DNA from: a virus
Length of the DNA: 45,932 nt
Reading direction: 5' to 3' (one strand)
IMG/VR virus record: IMGVR_UViG_3300037511_000088
Location: 1-45,932 of that record
The position numbers and the translations under genes are program-made. The notes beneath the pieces are model-generated. The model saw nothing but the letters and a program-made list of their open reading frames with translations, did not search any database and had not been told where the DNA came from. Shown in pieces: positions 32,229 to 40,312 of the stretch. The stretch's first letter is position 1, and each line of letters starts with the position of its first letter.

Positions 32229-33651
32229 GATTCACGACCGGCACAGGACTTGGCTGGACGCGCGCGGCATCGACCCGGCGCTGGCGGAGAAGTTCGGGCT
32301 GGAGACCGTGCAGCGAGAAGGCGGCTTCTGGTTGTCGGTTCCCTATCTCGAGAAGGGAGAGGCGCTGAACCACAAGTACCGGCAAACGAGTACCAAGGAT
32401 CACCGGATGGATACCGGCGCTCCGCTCTTGCTGTGGAACGCCGATGCGCTGTCGCACCCGGACGTGCTGAACGGCTCGCCCGTGATCATCACGGAGGGCG
32501 AGTGGGATGCGTTGGCGGCGATGACGGCCGGGCTGAAACACGTCGTATCAGTGCCCAACGGCGCACCCCAGGACACCACGCCAGAGCCTGAGAACGCCAA
32601 GCGCTACGAGTTCGTCTGGCGCCACATCGATGCAATCGACAAGGTCAAGCAATTCATCATCGCGACCGATGGTGACCGGGCAGGGCGCATTCTGGCGGCC
32701 GATCTGGTTTCGTTGCTCGGCGCGGAGCGCTGCCGGTTCGTTCAATATCCCGAGAAATGCAAGGACCTGAATGATGTCGCGCTGGCATATGGCCATGCCG
32801 CGGTCGTTGAGATCATCCATGCATCGAAGCCCTATCCGATCAAGGGCCTCTACACGATGGACGATTTCCCCGAGAAAGCGGAGGTCGTTTCATTTCCTGT
32901 CGGCATCGATCCAATCAACGACATGATCCGCATAGTGCCAGGCACCCTGACCGTGTTCACCGGTTATGCGAATATGGGCAAAACCACGGTGATGAATGGC
33001 GTGATTGCCAACGCGCTTTCGCATAACGTGCCGACCTGCGTCGCATCGTTTGAGACGGACGTGAAGCCGATCCTGAGAGACGGATTGCGGGCAGCGATCA
33101 TGAAATGCAGCGCGAGCGATTTGCGGACCCGCGACACCAGCGCAGCGGATGAGCTGATCCGCGACAATCTCACCATCATCACCCAGGCCGTCGATGAAGA
33201 CGACGAAATGGATATCGCAGCGTTCCTCGAATATTGCCGGATATCGGTCGTCCGCGACGGGACGAAGCTGATCGTTCTGGATCCTTGGAACGAGGTCGAG
33301 CACAAGCGTCGGCGCGACGAGAGCGAGACGGAATACATTTCGCGCGCCCTTCGCATGGTGAAGAAGTTCGCCAAGCAATACGACGTGGCATTCTGGATCG
33401 TCGCCCACCCGACAAAGCCGATGGACGGCCGGATGCGCGTTCCCGGTCTCTACGAGATCAGTGGATCGGCAAATTGGGCGAACAAAGCCGATTATGGTCT
33501 GACCTACCACCGACCGAAGCCTGACGTGAACGAGGCAGAATTGCGCGTGACGAAGGTTCGTATGGGCCTGCCAGGCAAGAAGGGCAGCGTCACGGTCACC
33601 TATGATTTTCGGTCGAGCGAGTTTCGCAAGGTTGAAGGGTTCGGAGGCTGA
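32227..33651 (+). CDS. Bifunctional TOPRIM primase / DnaB-RecA-type helicase (T7 gp4-like; 474 aa).
   Basis: TOPRIM ITEGEWDALA and IATDGDRAG. Walker A GYANMGKTT, Walker B LIVLDPWNE. AAGGGAG RBS 6 nt before the ATG. Confidence 0.85.
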   Translation: MIHDRHRTWLDARGIDPALAEKFGLETVQREGGFWLSVPYLEKGEALNHKYRQTSTKDHRMDTGAPLLLWNADALSHPDVLNGSPVIITEGEWDALAAMTAGLKHVVSVPNGAPQDTTPEPENAKRYEFVWRHIDAIDKVKQFIIATDGDRAGRILAADLVSLLGAERCRFVQYPEKCKDLNDVALAYGHAAVVEIIHASKPYPIKGLYTMDDFPEKAEVVSFPVGIDPINDMIRIVPGTLTVFTGYANMGKTTVMNGVIANALSHNVPTCVASFETDVKPILRDGLRAAIMKCSASDLRTRDTSAADELIRDNLTIITQAVDEDDEMDIAAFLEYCRISVVRDGTKLIVLDPWNEVEHKRRRDESETEYISRALRMVKKFAKQYDVAFWIVAHPTKPMDGRMRVPGLYEISGSANWANKADYGLTYHRPKPDVNEAELRVTKVRMGLPGKKGSVTVTYDFRSSEFRKVEGFGG

Positions 33652-33652
33652 A

Positions 33653-33763
33653 ATGGCGCGCAGAGCCGACATGGCAGTCCTCTTCATCCTCGCGCTCATG
33701 ATCCTTGCAATGTGGATCATGGACCGATCCGGCATTCTCGATGCAATCGACGGGATTGGATAG
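33653..33763 (+). CDS. Possible 36-aa single-TM peptide.
   Basis: GGAGG lies 5 nt before ATG 33653. MAVLFILALMILAMWIM span. Its stop abuts the next ATG. Confidence 0.4.
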   Translation: MARRADMAVLFILALMILAMWIMDRSGILDAIDGIG

Positions 33764-33985
33764 ATGGGCGCAAACCCCCGCCAAGGCCGCCGCAAGGTTC
33801 AGGTTCTTGATTATGTCCATCGCACGGTCGCGTCAGAGGGGCAGCCCCCAAGCTACGGCATGATCTGCCAGGAATTGGGGATCGGAACGCGGACGGAGGT
33901 TTGTAGGTACGTCAGGCAGCTTGAGAAAGAAGGGCACTTGGCACGCGTCGGCAGAGGAAAAGTCAGGCGGATACGATTGGCGTAA
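33764..33985 (+). CDS. LexA-N-terminal-like winged-helix DNA-binding protein with no peptidase domain (73 aa).
   Basis: VLDYVHRTVASEGQPPSYGMICQELGIGTRTEVCRYVRQLEKEGHLARVGRGKVRRIRL. Confidence 0.6.
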   Translation: MGANPRQGRRKVQVLDYVHRTVASEGQPPSYGMICQELGIGTRTEVCRYVRQLEKEGHLARVGRGKVRRIRLA

Positions 33986-33986
33986 T

Positions 33987-34005
33987 CTGCCCACTTACGG
34001 GCGCG
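33987..34005 (+). repeat. 19-nt motif CTGCCCACTTACGGGCGCG, copy 1 (1 nt after a TAA stop).
   Basis: Identical to 36668-36686. Can form a GCCC/GGGC hairpin with an ACTTAC loop. Confidence 0.8.
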
Positions 34006-34045
34006 TCCCAATGCGCTATTTTCAACGCTCGAAAGGATTTCGCCC

Positions 34046-34174
34046 ATGACCACGATCGACGGCAAGCGCACCAAGCCCATCCCCGCCGCAGCAATGGCGA
34101 AGGCCAACGCTGGCATGAACCTGCACAAGGCACTGGCCAGCACGCCCAAGCCCAAATCGCAGGTGAAGGTGTGA
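34046..34174 (+). CDS. Possible 42-aa basic peptide, first ORF of the late operon.
   Basis: AAAGGA lies 8 nt before ATG 34046. GTGA overlap with the next gene. Confidence 0.4.
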   Translation: MTTIDGKRTKPIPAAAMAKANAGMNLHKALASTPKPKSQVKV

Positions 34175-34356
34175 GCCTTATCACGCTCATCATCGTCCTT
34201 GTTGTCGTCGGCGTCGTTCTCTGGTTGATCAACACGTACATTCCGATGGAAGCCGGCATCAAGCGCCTGCTGAACATCGCGGTGATCATCGTCACGGTCA
34301 TTTGGCTGCTGAAGGCGACTGGTCTGTTCTCCGCGCTCAGCAGCGTTACGGTGTGA
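34171..34356 (+). CDS. Two-TM small membrane protein (61 aa).
   Basis: Spans LITLIIVLVVVGVVLWLI and IAVIIVTVIWLL. Confidence 0.55.
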   Translation: MSLITLIIVLVVVGVVLWLINTYIPMEAGIKRLLNIAVIIVTVIWLLKATGLFSALSSVTV

Positions 34357-34357
34357 T

Positions 34358-34813
34358 GTGCCTGCGGGACGGCCGACAGCATACAAGGCGGAGTACGCCA
34401 AGCAGGCGGAAAAGCTGACGGCTCTCGGCGCAACCGATCAGGAAATCGCCGATTTCTTCGAGGTTGATGTCCGCACTATCTATCGTTGGAAGCATGACCA
34501 CGACAAATTTTGTCAGGCCCTAAAGGTTGGCAAGGATGTGGCCGACGAGCGTGTTGAGCGCAGCCTGTACCAGAAGGCGATAGGCTACGAGCAGGACGAG
34601 GTGAAGATATTCATGCCCGCCGGTGCTGCCGATCCGGTCTATGCGCCGTTCCGAGCGAAGATCGCACCCGACACAACGGCGGCGATCTTCTGGCTGAAGA
34701 ACCGCCGGACAGCCACATGGCGCGAAAAGGTCGAGACCGAGCACAGCGGGACTGTGAACGTCACGCGAGTGGAACTGATCGGTGGCGACAGCCCAAGTAA
34801 AACTCCCGCCTAA
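34358..34813 (+). CDS. terS: Terminase small subunit (151 aa).
   Basis: GRPTAYKAEYAKQAEKLTALGATDQEIADFFEVDVRTIYRWKHDHDKFCQALKVGKDVADERVERSLYQKAIGY. Confidence 0.75.
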   Translation: MPAGRPTAYKAEYAKQAEKLTALGATDQEIADFFEVDVRTIYRWKHDHDKFCQALKVGKDVADERVERSLYQKAIGYEQDEVKIFMPAGAADPVYAPFRAKIAPDTTAAIFWLKNRRTATWREKVETEHSGTVNVTRVELIGGDSPSKTPA

Positions 34814-36098
34814 GCTCATCCCCGTCTTCACGGGCGAGGCGCGCTATCGTGGGGCATGGGGCGGCAGAGGCAGCGGCAAGACGCAATCCTTCGCCAAGAT
34901 GACAGCAGTCCGCGGTTACATGTGGTCGGTATCTGGTGAGCGAGGCGTGATCGTCTGCGGTCGTGAGTTCATGAACAGCCTGGATGAAAGCTCCATGGCT
35001 GAGATCAAGGCGGCGATCCGGTCCGAGCCCTGGCTTGAAGCGCATTACGACATCGGCGAAAAGTTCATCCGGACCAAGGACGGGCGGATCGAATACAAGT
35101 TCACCGGTCTTGATCGCAACATCGACAGCATCAAGTCGAAGGCGCGGATCAAGCTGCTGTGGATCGACGAGGCCGAGCCGGTAAGCGAGAGCGCCTGGCA
35201 GACGGCGATCCCATCGGTTCGCGAGCACGATTCCGAAATCTGGGTGACGTGGAACCCGAAATACAAGCACAGTGCTACGCACAAGCGCTTCAGGCTCAAC
35301 CCGCCTGACGATAGCAAGATCGTCGAGCTGAACTATCGCGACAATCCATGGTTTCCACTCGTTCTGGAGAAGGAGCGGATCGAGGATCTGGTCAAACGGC
35401 CGGAGAGTTACCCGCACATCTGGGAAGGCGACTTCGTCTCGATCGTCGAGGGCGCCTATTACGCGCAGTCCCTGTCGCTGGCCCGATCGCAGAACCGGAT
35501 CTGCCCGCTGGCCGTGGACCCGCTCATGGAGATATGGGCGTTCTTCGATATCGGCACGCGCGATCACACGGCAATCTGGGTGTGCCAGTTCGTCGGCGAC
35601 CGCATCAACTGCCTGGATTATTACGAGGCGTCAGGGCAGCCCCTCGCTACGCATCTGCAATGGCTGCGCGACAATGGTTATGGCAAGGCGATCTGCGTTC
35701 TTCCGCACGACGGTAGCAACGTCGATCACTTCAGCGCCATGCGCTATATCGATCACGTTCAGGAAGCGGGCTTTCGTGCAGACGTGATCCGCAACCAGGG
35801 CAAGGATGCCGCGATGAAGCGCGTGGAGGCAGCGCGCAGGCTGTTCCCGTCCGTCCGCATCGATCCGGAGCATTGCAGCCCCGGCATAGACGCGCTGGCG
35901 GCCTATCACGAGAAGCGCGATGATAAACGGGACATCGGACTTGGCCCTGAGCATGATTGGGCGAGCCATGGAGCGGATGCGTTCGGGCTGATGGCCGTTG
36001 CAAAGCCGCTACTCGTGGACAATCTCGGTCGCGGCATGGAAGATGATCATGACGATCGCCGGCAGCACGCGGGGCGGTCTGAGGCGACGGGGTATTAG
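34782..36098 (+). CDS. terL: Terminase large subunit (438 aa).
   Basis: Walker A GGRGSGKT, Walker B LLWIDEA. C-terminal nuclease-like region FFDIGTRDHTAIWV...DHDWASHGADAF. Confidence 0.85.
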   Translation: MATAQVKLPPKLIPVFTGEARYRGAWGGRGSGKTQSFAKMTAVRGYMWSVSGERGVIVCGREFMNSLDESSMAEIKAAIRSEPWLEAHYDIGEKFIRTKDGRIEYKFTGLDRNIDSIKSKARIKLLWIDEAEPVSESAWQTAIPSVREHDSEIWVTWNPKYKHSATHKRFRLNPPDDSKIVELNYRDNPWFPLVLEKERIEDLVKRPESYPHIWEGDFVSIVEGAYYAQSLSLARSQNRICPLAVDPLMEIWAFFDIGTRDHTAIWVCQFVGDRINCLDYYEASGQPLATHLQWLRDNGYGKAICVLPHDGSNVDHFSAMRYIDHVQEAGFRADVIRNQGKDAAMKRVEAARRLFPSVRIDPEHCSPGIDALAAYHEKRDDKRDIGLGPEHDWASHGADAFGLMAVAKPLLVDNLGRGMEDDHDDRRQHAGRSEATGY

Positions 36099-36200
36099 CT
36101 CGAAAGCTTGCAAAAATGCCGGATTTGTGAGAGATTAAGTGGGTCAGAACGGTGCGCCAACACCGCCTGACCCTGACCGATCACGCAAAGGAACTGCGCA

Positions 36201-36665
36201 ATGGCTGATACCCTCAATCCCATTATTTCACCCGAAATTGAAGCCCGTTTCTGGCGCCGCTGCGATAAGTGCGGGCCGGACGATTGCTGGGAGTGGAGCG
36301 GCTTCTTGGATGAAGGGGGCTACGGGTCATTCACTATGCGCGTCGATGGCGCGCAGAAGATGTTTCGCGCTCACCACATATCCATGATCATTGACGGCAA
36401 GCCCCGCGTTGCTGGTCTTCAGGCGCTGCATGGGTGTGGCAATCCGGCCTGTGTGAACCCCGCCCATCTTCGTTGGGGTACGGTGCTGGAGAATGTCGAA
36501 GACGCAATCGCGCACGGCAAGGTCAAGCGGTCTCTGAATGAAGAACAGGTGCGCGCAATCCGCGTATCATCTGAGAGCGACCGCATATTGGCGGAGCGTC
36601 ACGCCGTCTCATCTTCGATAATCAACGCAGTGCGCGCCGGCAGGACCTATCGCTGGGTCGAATAA
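36201..36665 (+). CDS. HNH endonuclease between terL and the portal gene (154 aa).
   Basis: CWEWSGFLDEGGYGSF...AHHISM...LHGCGNPACVNPAHLRWGTVLENVED, plus a C-terminal HTH-like tail. Confidence 0.75.
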   Translation: MADTLNPIISPEIEARFWRRCDKCGPDDCWEWSGFLDEGGYGSFTMRVDGAQKMFRAHHISMIIDGKPRVAGLQALHGCGNPACVNPAHLRWGTVLENVEDAIAHGKVKRSLNEEQVRAIRVSSESDRILAERHAVSSSIINAVRAGRTYRWVE

Positions 36666-36667
36666 AA

Positions 36668-36686
36668 CTGCCCACTTACGGGCGCG
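36668..36686 (+). repeat. 19-nt motif CTGCCCACTTACGGGCGCG, copy 2 (2 nt after a TAA stop).
   Basis: Identical to 33987-34005. Confidence 0.8.
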
Positions 36687-36783
36687 AATTATCTGCTTAA
36701 ATTGCCTTCCCGAGACCAATCGGGAGACCGCGCATGCGCATGACCATTTCTGACATCGCGGCTCCTCTCAAGGCCAAGTGCTG

Positions 36784-36981
36784 ATGGCGTTCGAACCTGA
36801 ACTTCAGGATCGGATCGATGCTGTGCGGGCCAAGCTGGGAGGAGGTGATCAAATATCTGACGTTGGCCAGCTTGCCACACTGAAGCGCAAGCTGGCCACC
36901 CGAGACGGGCGAGGGGGCTTTAGCGCGAACGCTGCCGATCTGAAGGCGCGTATCGCAGAGTTGGAAGGACAGGACGCATGA
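36784..36981 (+). CDS. Small coiled-coil protein (65 aa).
   Basis: ATG 36784. ATGA coupling to the next gene. Confidence 0.45.
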   Translation: MAFEPELQDRIDAVRAKLGGGDQISDVGQLATLKRKLATRDGRGGFSANAADLKARIAELEGQDA

Positions 36982-37313
36982 CCACGACCGCAGACCTTGA
37001 AGCCCGCGTTGCTTCGCTGGAAGAGCGTTATGGCGAACTCGAAGGTGCATTGACCAGCGGCGACCCATTGGGCGCTGCACAACGCATCGTCGGTGCTCGC
37101 AAGGCGAAGCTGGCAGAGGTGCAGAACCCCGCGAAGCTGACCAATGCGAAGATCCAGGAGATTTCGGGCGACGACGGATCGAATGATCCCGAGAACAGCG
37201 CGAACAAGGACGTAGCAGAGGGCCTAAGGGAGCAGCGCGCCGCAGCGAAGAAGTCCGGCAAGGGCGATACGGCGTCGCCAAAGGACAATCCCGGCCCGGG
37301 CGGCGCGCGCTGA
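36978..37313 (+). CDS. Hypothetical head-module protein (111 aa).
   Basis: Coiled-coil N-terminus and a charged, disordered tail. Confidence 0.5.
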   Translation: MTTTADLEARVASLEERYGELEGALTSGDPLGAAQRIVGARKAKLAEVQNPAKLTNAKIQEISGDDGSNDPENSANKDVAEGLREQRAAAKKSGKGDTASPKDNPGPGGAR

Positions 37314-37314
37314 T

Positions 37315-37611
37315 ATGAGCAACGGGCTCTCCATAATTGAGCCTGCACGTGTAGCGGGCGGATTGGGCGGGAAGCTGCTCGATTCCGCCCGCTACTTCGT
37401 GGACAGCGACAAGGACATCGTCGCCTATGCCATCACCGGCATGTACGCGGACGGTTGCCCATTCGTCATGACGCGCTGCGATTGGCCGGAGACGATGCCG
37501 CTCAACCGTCATCTCTTCATTGGCATGTCCGCGGAGCTGATCCGCGATTCCATGATCACCGAACGCACCGCTTGCGAAGTGGTCAATCGTTCGAACGGGT
37601 ATGACGATTGA
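37315..37611 (+). CDS. Hypothetical protein (98 aa).
   Basis: ATGA coupling to the portal gene. Confidence 0.5.
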   Translation: MSNGLSIIEPARVAGGLGGKLLDSARYFVDSDKDIVAYAITGMYADGCPFVMTRCDWPETMPLNRHLFIGMSAELIRDSMITERTACEVVNRSNGYDD

Positions 37612-39734
37612 TGGCCAGCGCATTCCAAGACGACATAATCAATGACGCTGAACCGATCGTCGATCAGGACGAATTGCTCGCGGCTGAGGCAGAAAAGGCG
37701 CGTCGTGACCAAGCCTTGGCGCTCCTCGCTGAGATTGCCTCGCACAACGGTGACCTATCCCAATTCCTCGACGAGCAGGCACTGACCACGCTCGGGCATG
37801 ACGTCGTTCGCGATTACGAACTGGATTGCCAGGCGCGATCTGATTGGGCAACTGTCGTCAAGAAGGCGCTCGAAAACGCGGCGCAAGAGACGAAGGAAGC
37901 CAAGAACTACCCGTTCGAGAAGGCTTCGAACGTTCGTTATCCGATCCTGACCATCGCAGCGACCGAGTTCAATGCGCGCGCCTATCCGGCGATCGTGAAG
38001 GGCGACGAGACGATACAGGTCAAGGTCGTCGGTTCGGACAAGGGCCGTCCGCAGATGATGCAGACGCCACAAGGCCCCATGCCTGTGCCGCAGATGCAGC
38101 CGAACCCCGAGACTGGCGAGCCTGTGCCGGTGATGGGGCCCGATGGTCAGCCGATGCCGGTCTGGGAAGTCCCACCCGGCGCAAAGGCATCTCGAGCCCA
38201 GCGTGTGAAGGATTATCTCAACGTCGTCCTGAACTATCGCATGACGGATTGGGAAGCTGACACGGACTCGATGCTGTATCAGCTCGCGATCGTCGGCTGT
38301 GGATTTCGCAAATGCTGGTGGGAGACCCGCAAGAGCAAGCCATGCTCAGCTTATGTGCCGGCGCTCCGCCTGATTGCGCCGATGGATGCGAAGAGCGTCG
38401 AGACCACGCCGCGTCTGACCGAGGAAATCCCCGATGAATTCCCGTATCAGATCCGCCAGAAGATGGCTTCTGGGGAGTATCGCAGGGTCGAACTGACGCC
38501 GCTGACGGAAGATGATGAGGCGGCCCGCATGCTGCTTGAGCAGCACCGGCTCTATGATCTCGACGGCGATGGCTTCGACGAACCGTACATCATCACGGTT
38601 GACAAGGAGACGAGCGAGGTTCTGCGCGTCGTGGCCGCGTTTGGCCCTGACGATGTGCGGATCTCCGAAGACGGGCTTGTCGAAGAGATCGAGAAATCGA
38701 CCTTCTACATCAAATACGACTTCCTCCCGCACCCCAGCGGCAAGTTCTACGGCATCGGCCTAGGCCACTTGCTCGCAGAGCTTGGTGAGGTGATCAACAC
38801 CACGATCAATCAGATGATCGACGCTGGCCATGCCCAGATCGCAGGCGGCGGCTTCATCGCGTCCGGTCTGAGATTGCAGGGCAGCGGGCAGAGCAACACG
38901 CTTCGCTGGCGCCCCGGCGAATACAAGGTGGTGACGGCCGGTGGCGGGTCTTTGCGAGAGAGCATTTACGAGCGCACGTTCCCCAATCCATCGCCGATCA
39001 TGTTCAACCTGCTGGATCTCATTCTCGGTGCAGCGAAGGACGTTGCCGCGATCAAGGACGTGACCAGCGGCGATGCGTCCAATCAGGGGCAGGTCGGCAC
39101 CACACTCGCACTGATCGAGCAGGGATTGCAGGTGTTCACTGCGATCTACAAGCGCGTCTATCGGGCTCTCAGGGCAGAATTCCAGCTGCTTTACGAAAAT
39201 CTGGGGGCGTACGGCTCGGAGGTGAACGCCAAGGATTATATCGACGTTCTTGACGACCCCCGCGCTGATTTCCAGGCCGATTTCAACCTGTCCGACATGG
39301 ACATCCGCCCTGTTTCGGACCCGGGATCTGTCACGCGCCTCCAGAAGATGGCGAAGGCGCAATTCCTCATGCAGACGGGGCAGAATAACCCGAACGTGGA
39401 CCAGCGCGAGCTGATCTTGCGGGTCTATGAAGCTGCGGACGTCGAGGACATCGAGAAGCTGGTGCCGCCGGCCAATCCTAACGCTCCGCCACCGCCTGAA
39501 GTACTGAAGATCGATAGCGAGACGAAGCGCAACCTTGCGCAGGCGGCGCTCTACGAAGCTCAGATTCCCGGCAAGCAGGCCGAGGTACAGAAGATTGCTG
39601 CGGACGCCGGCAAGCTGGCGGCGCAGGCAACACAGATCGGGGTCGATACTGGCCTCAAACTTGGAGAGGCAGATGCCGATGGCGTCGATAACACGGGACG
39701 AGTTCACGCAGTGGCGGGAGCACCCGATAACTGA
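37608..39734 (+). CDS. Portal protein (708 aa).
   Basis: Size and position after terL. NYPFEKASNVRYPILTIAATEFNARAYPAIV and a long helical C-terminal barrel-like tail. Confidence 0.75.
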   Translation: MMASAFQDDIINDAEPIVDQDELLAAEAEKARRDQALALLAEIASHNGDLSQFLDEQALTTLGHDVVRDYELDCQARSDWATVVKKALENAAQETKEAKNYPFEKASNVRYPILTIAATEFNARAYPAIVKGDETIQVKVVGSDKGRPQMMQTPQGPMPVPQMQPNPETGEPVPVMGPDGQPMPVWEVPPGAKASRAQRVKDYLNVVLNYRMTDWEADTDSMLYQLAIVGCGFRKCWWETRKSKPCSAYVPALRLIAPMDAKSVETTPRLTEEIPDEFPYQIRQKMASGEYRRVELTPLTEDDEAARMLLEQHRLYDLDGDGFDEPYIITVDKETSEVLRVVAAFGPDDVRISEDGLVEEIEKSTFYIKYDFLPHPSGKFYGIGLGHLLAELGEVINTTINQMIDAGHAQIAGGGFIASGLRLQGSGQSNTLRWRPGEYKVVTAGGGSLRESIYERTFPNPSPIMFNLLDLILGAAKDVAAIKDVTSGDASNQGQVGTTLALIEQGLQVFTAIYKRVYRALRAEFQLLYENLGAYGSEVNAKDYIDVLDDPRADFQADFNLSDMDIRPVSDPGSVTRLQKMAKAQFLMQTGQNNPNVDQRELILRVYEAADVEDIEKLVPPANPNAPPPPEVLKIDSETKRNLAQAALYEAQIPGKQAEVQKIAADAGKLAAQATQIGVDTGLKLGEADADGVDNTGRVHAVAGAPDN

Positions 39735-39930
39735 ATGGGTGTTCGCTGCGATCGATGACGCAGCCGCTGCCCAACGAGACGCATGGATCGAAAAGTCATG
39801 GGAAGGCGGACAGGCCGATCCCCGCGAGCTGATCGAACTGAGAACGAGGGCTGACGCATATCGGGGGCTGATCGAAACCCCTTACGAGCGTTGGGCCGAA
39901 CTGAACGGCGTAGAGCCGGTAGAAGGGTGA
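39673..39930 (+). CDS. Small head-module protein (85 aa).
   Basis: GGAGAGG RBS. Overlaps the portal 3' end by 62 nt. Confidence 0.45.
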   Translation: MPMASITRDEFTQWREHPITEWVFAAIDDAAAAQRDAWIEKSWEGGQADPRELIELRTRADAYRGLIETPYERWAELNGVEPVEG

Positions 39931-39934
39931 GCAT

Positions 39935-40312
39935 ATGCTGACATCGACCACTGAAGCACGCATTCCCGCTTTGAGCGAGTGCGATCCAGGCATCCGGGCA
40001 ACGGGCTTCTCCGTCGTCATCGCGGTTCCGGACAATGAGACCGTCACCAAGGGCGGGATTATCATCCCTGATACCATTTCCGAGCGCGACAAGCTCTCGA
40101 CGACGCGGGGGCGTCTGGTCAGCAAATCCCCTGTCGCGTTCGACTATGCCGCATGGCCCGAGGGCACATCCCCGCCAGACGTCGGCAATCTCGTCCACTT
40201 CGCGAAGTTCGCCGGCATCGTCATCAAGGGACGAGACGGGCGCGAGTACAGAGTATGCGTCGATAAAGATGTGTGGGCCATCGCTGACGAGGAGAATTCC
40301 CATGCCGCTTGA
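39935..40312 (+). CDS. GroES/Cpn10-like co-chaperonin-fold protein (125 aa).
   Basis: VVIAVPDNETVTKGGIIIPDTISERDK...GRLVSKS...VGNLVHFAKFAGIVIKG...YRVCVDKDVWAI follows the GroES beta-barrel pattern. Confidence 0.55.
   Translation: MLTSTTEARIPALSECDPGIRATGFSVVIAVPDNETVTKGGIIIPDTISERDKLSTTRGRLVSKSPVAFDYAAWPEGTSPPDVGNLVHFAKFAGIVIKGRDGREYRVCVDKDVWAIADEENSHAA

Noticed and set aside
32067-32591. The 174-aa ORF as a genuine protein.
   Set aside because: After the zinc ribbon (about 54 codons) the translation is non-protein-like. It also overlaps the strongly supported TOPRIM-helicase frame.
36734-36784. A 16-codon mini-ORF (MRMTISDIAAPLKAKC) coupled by TGATG to the gene at 36784, considered as a leader peptide.
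   Set aside because: It is too short to evaluate. It has only a GGGAGA-like SD and nothing indicating attenuation.
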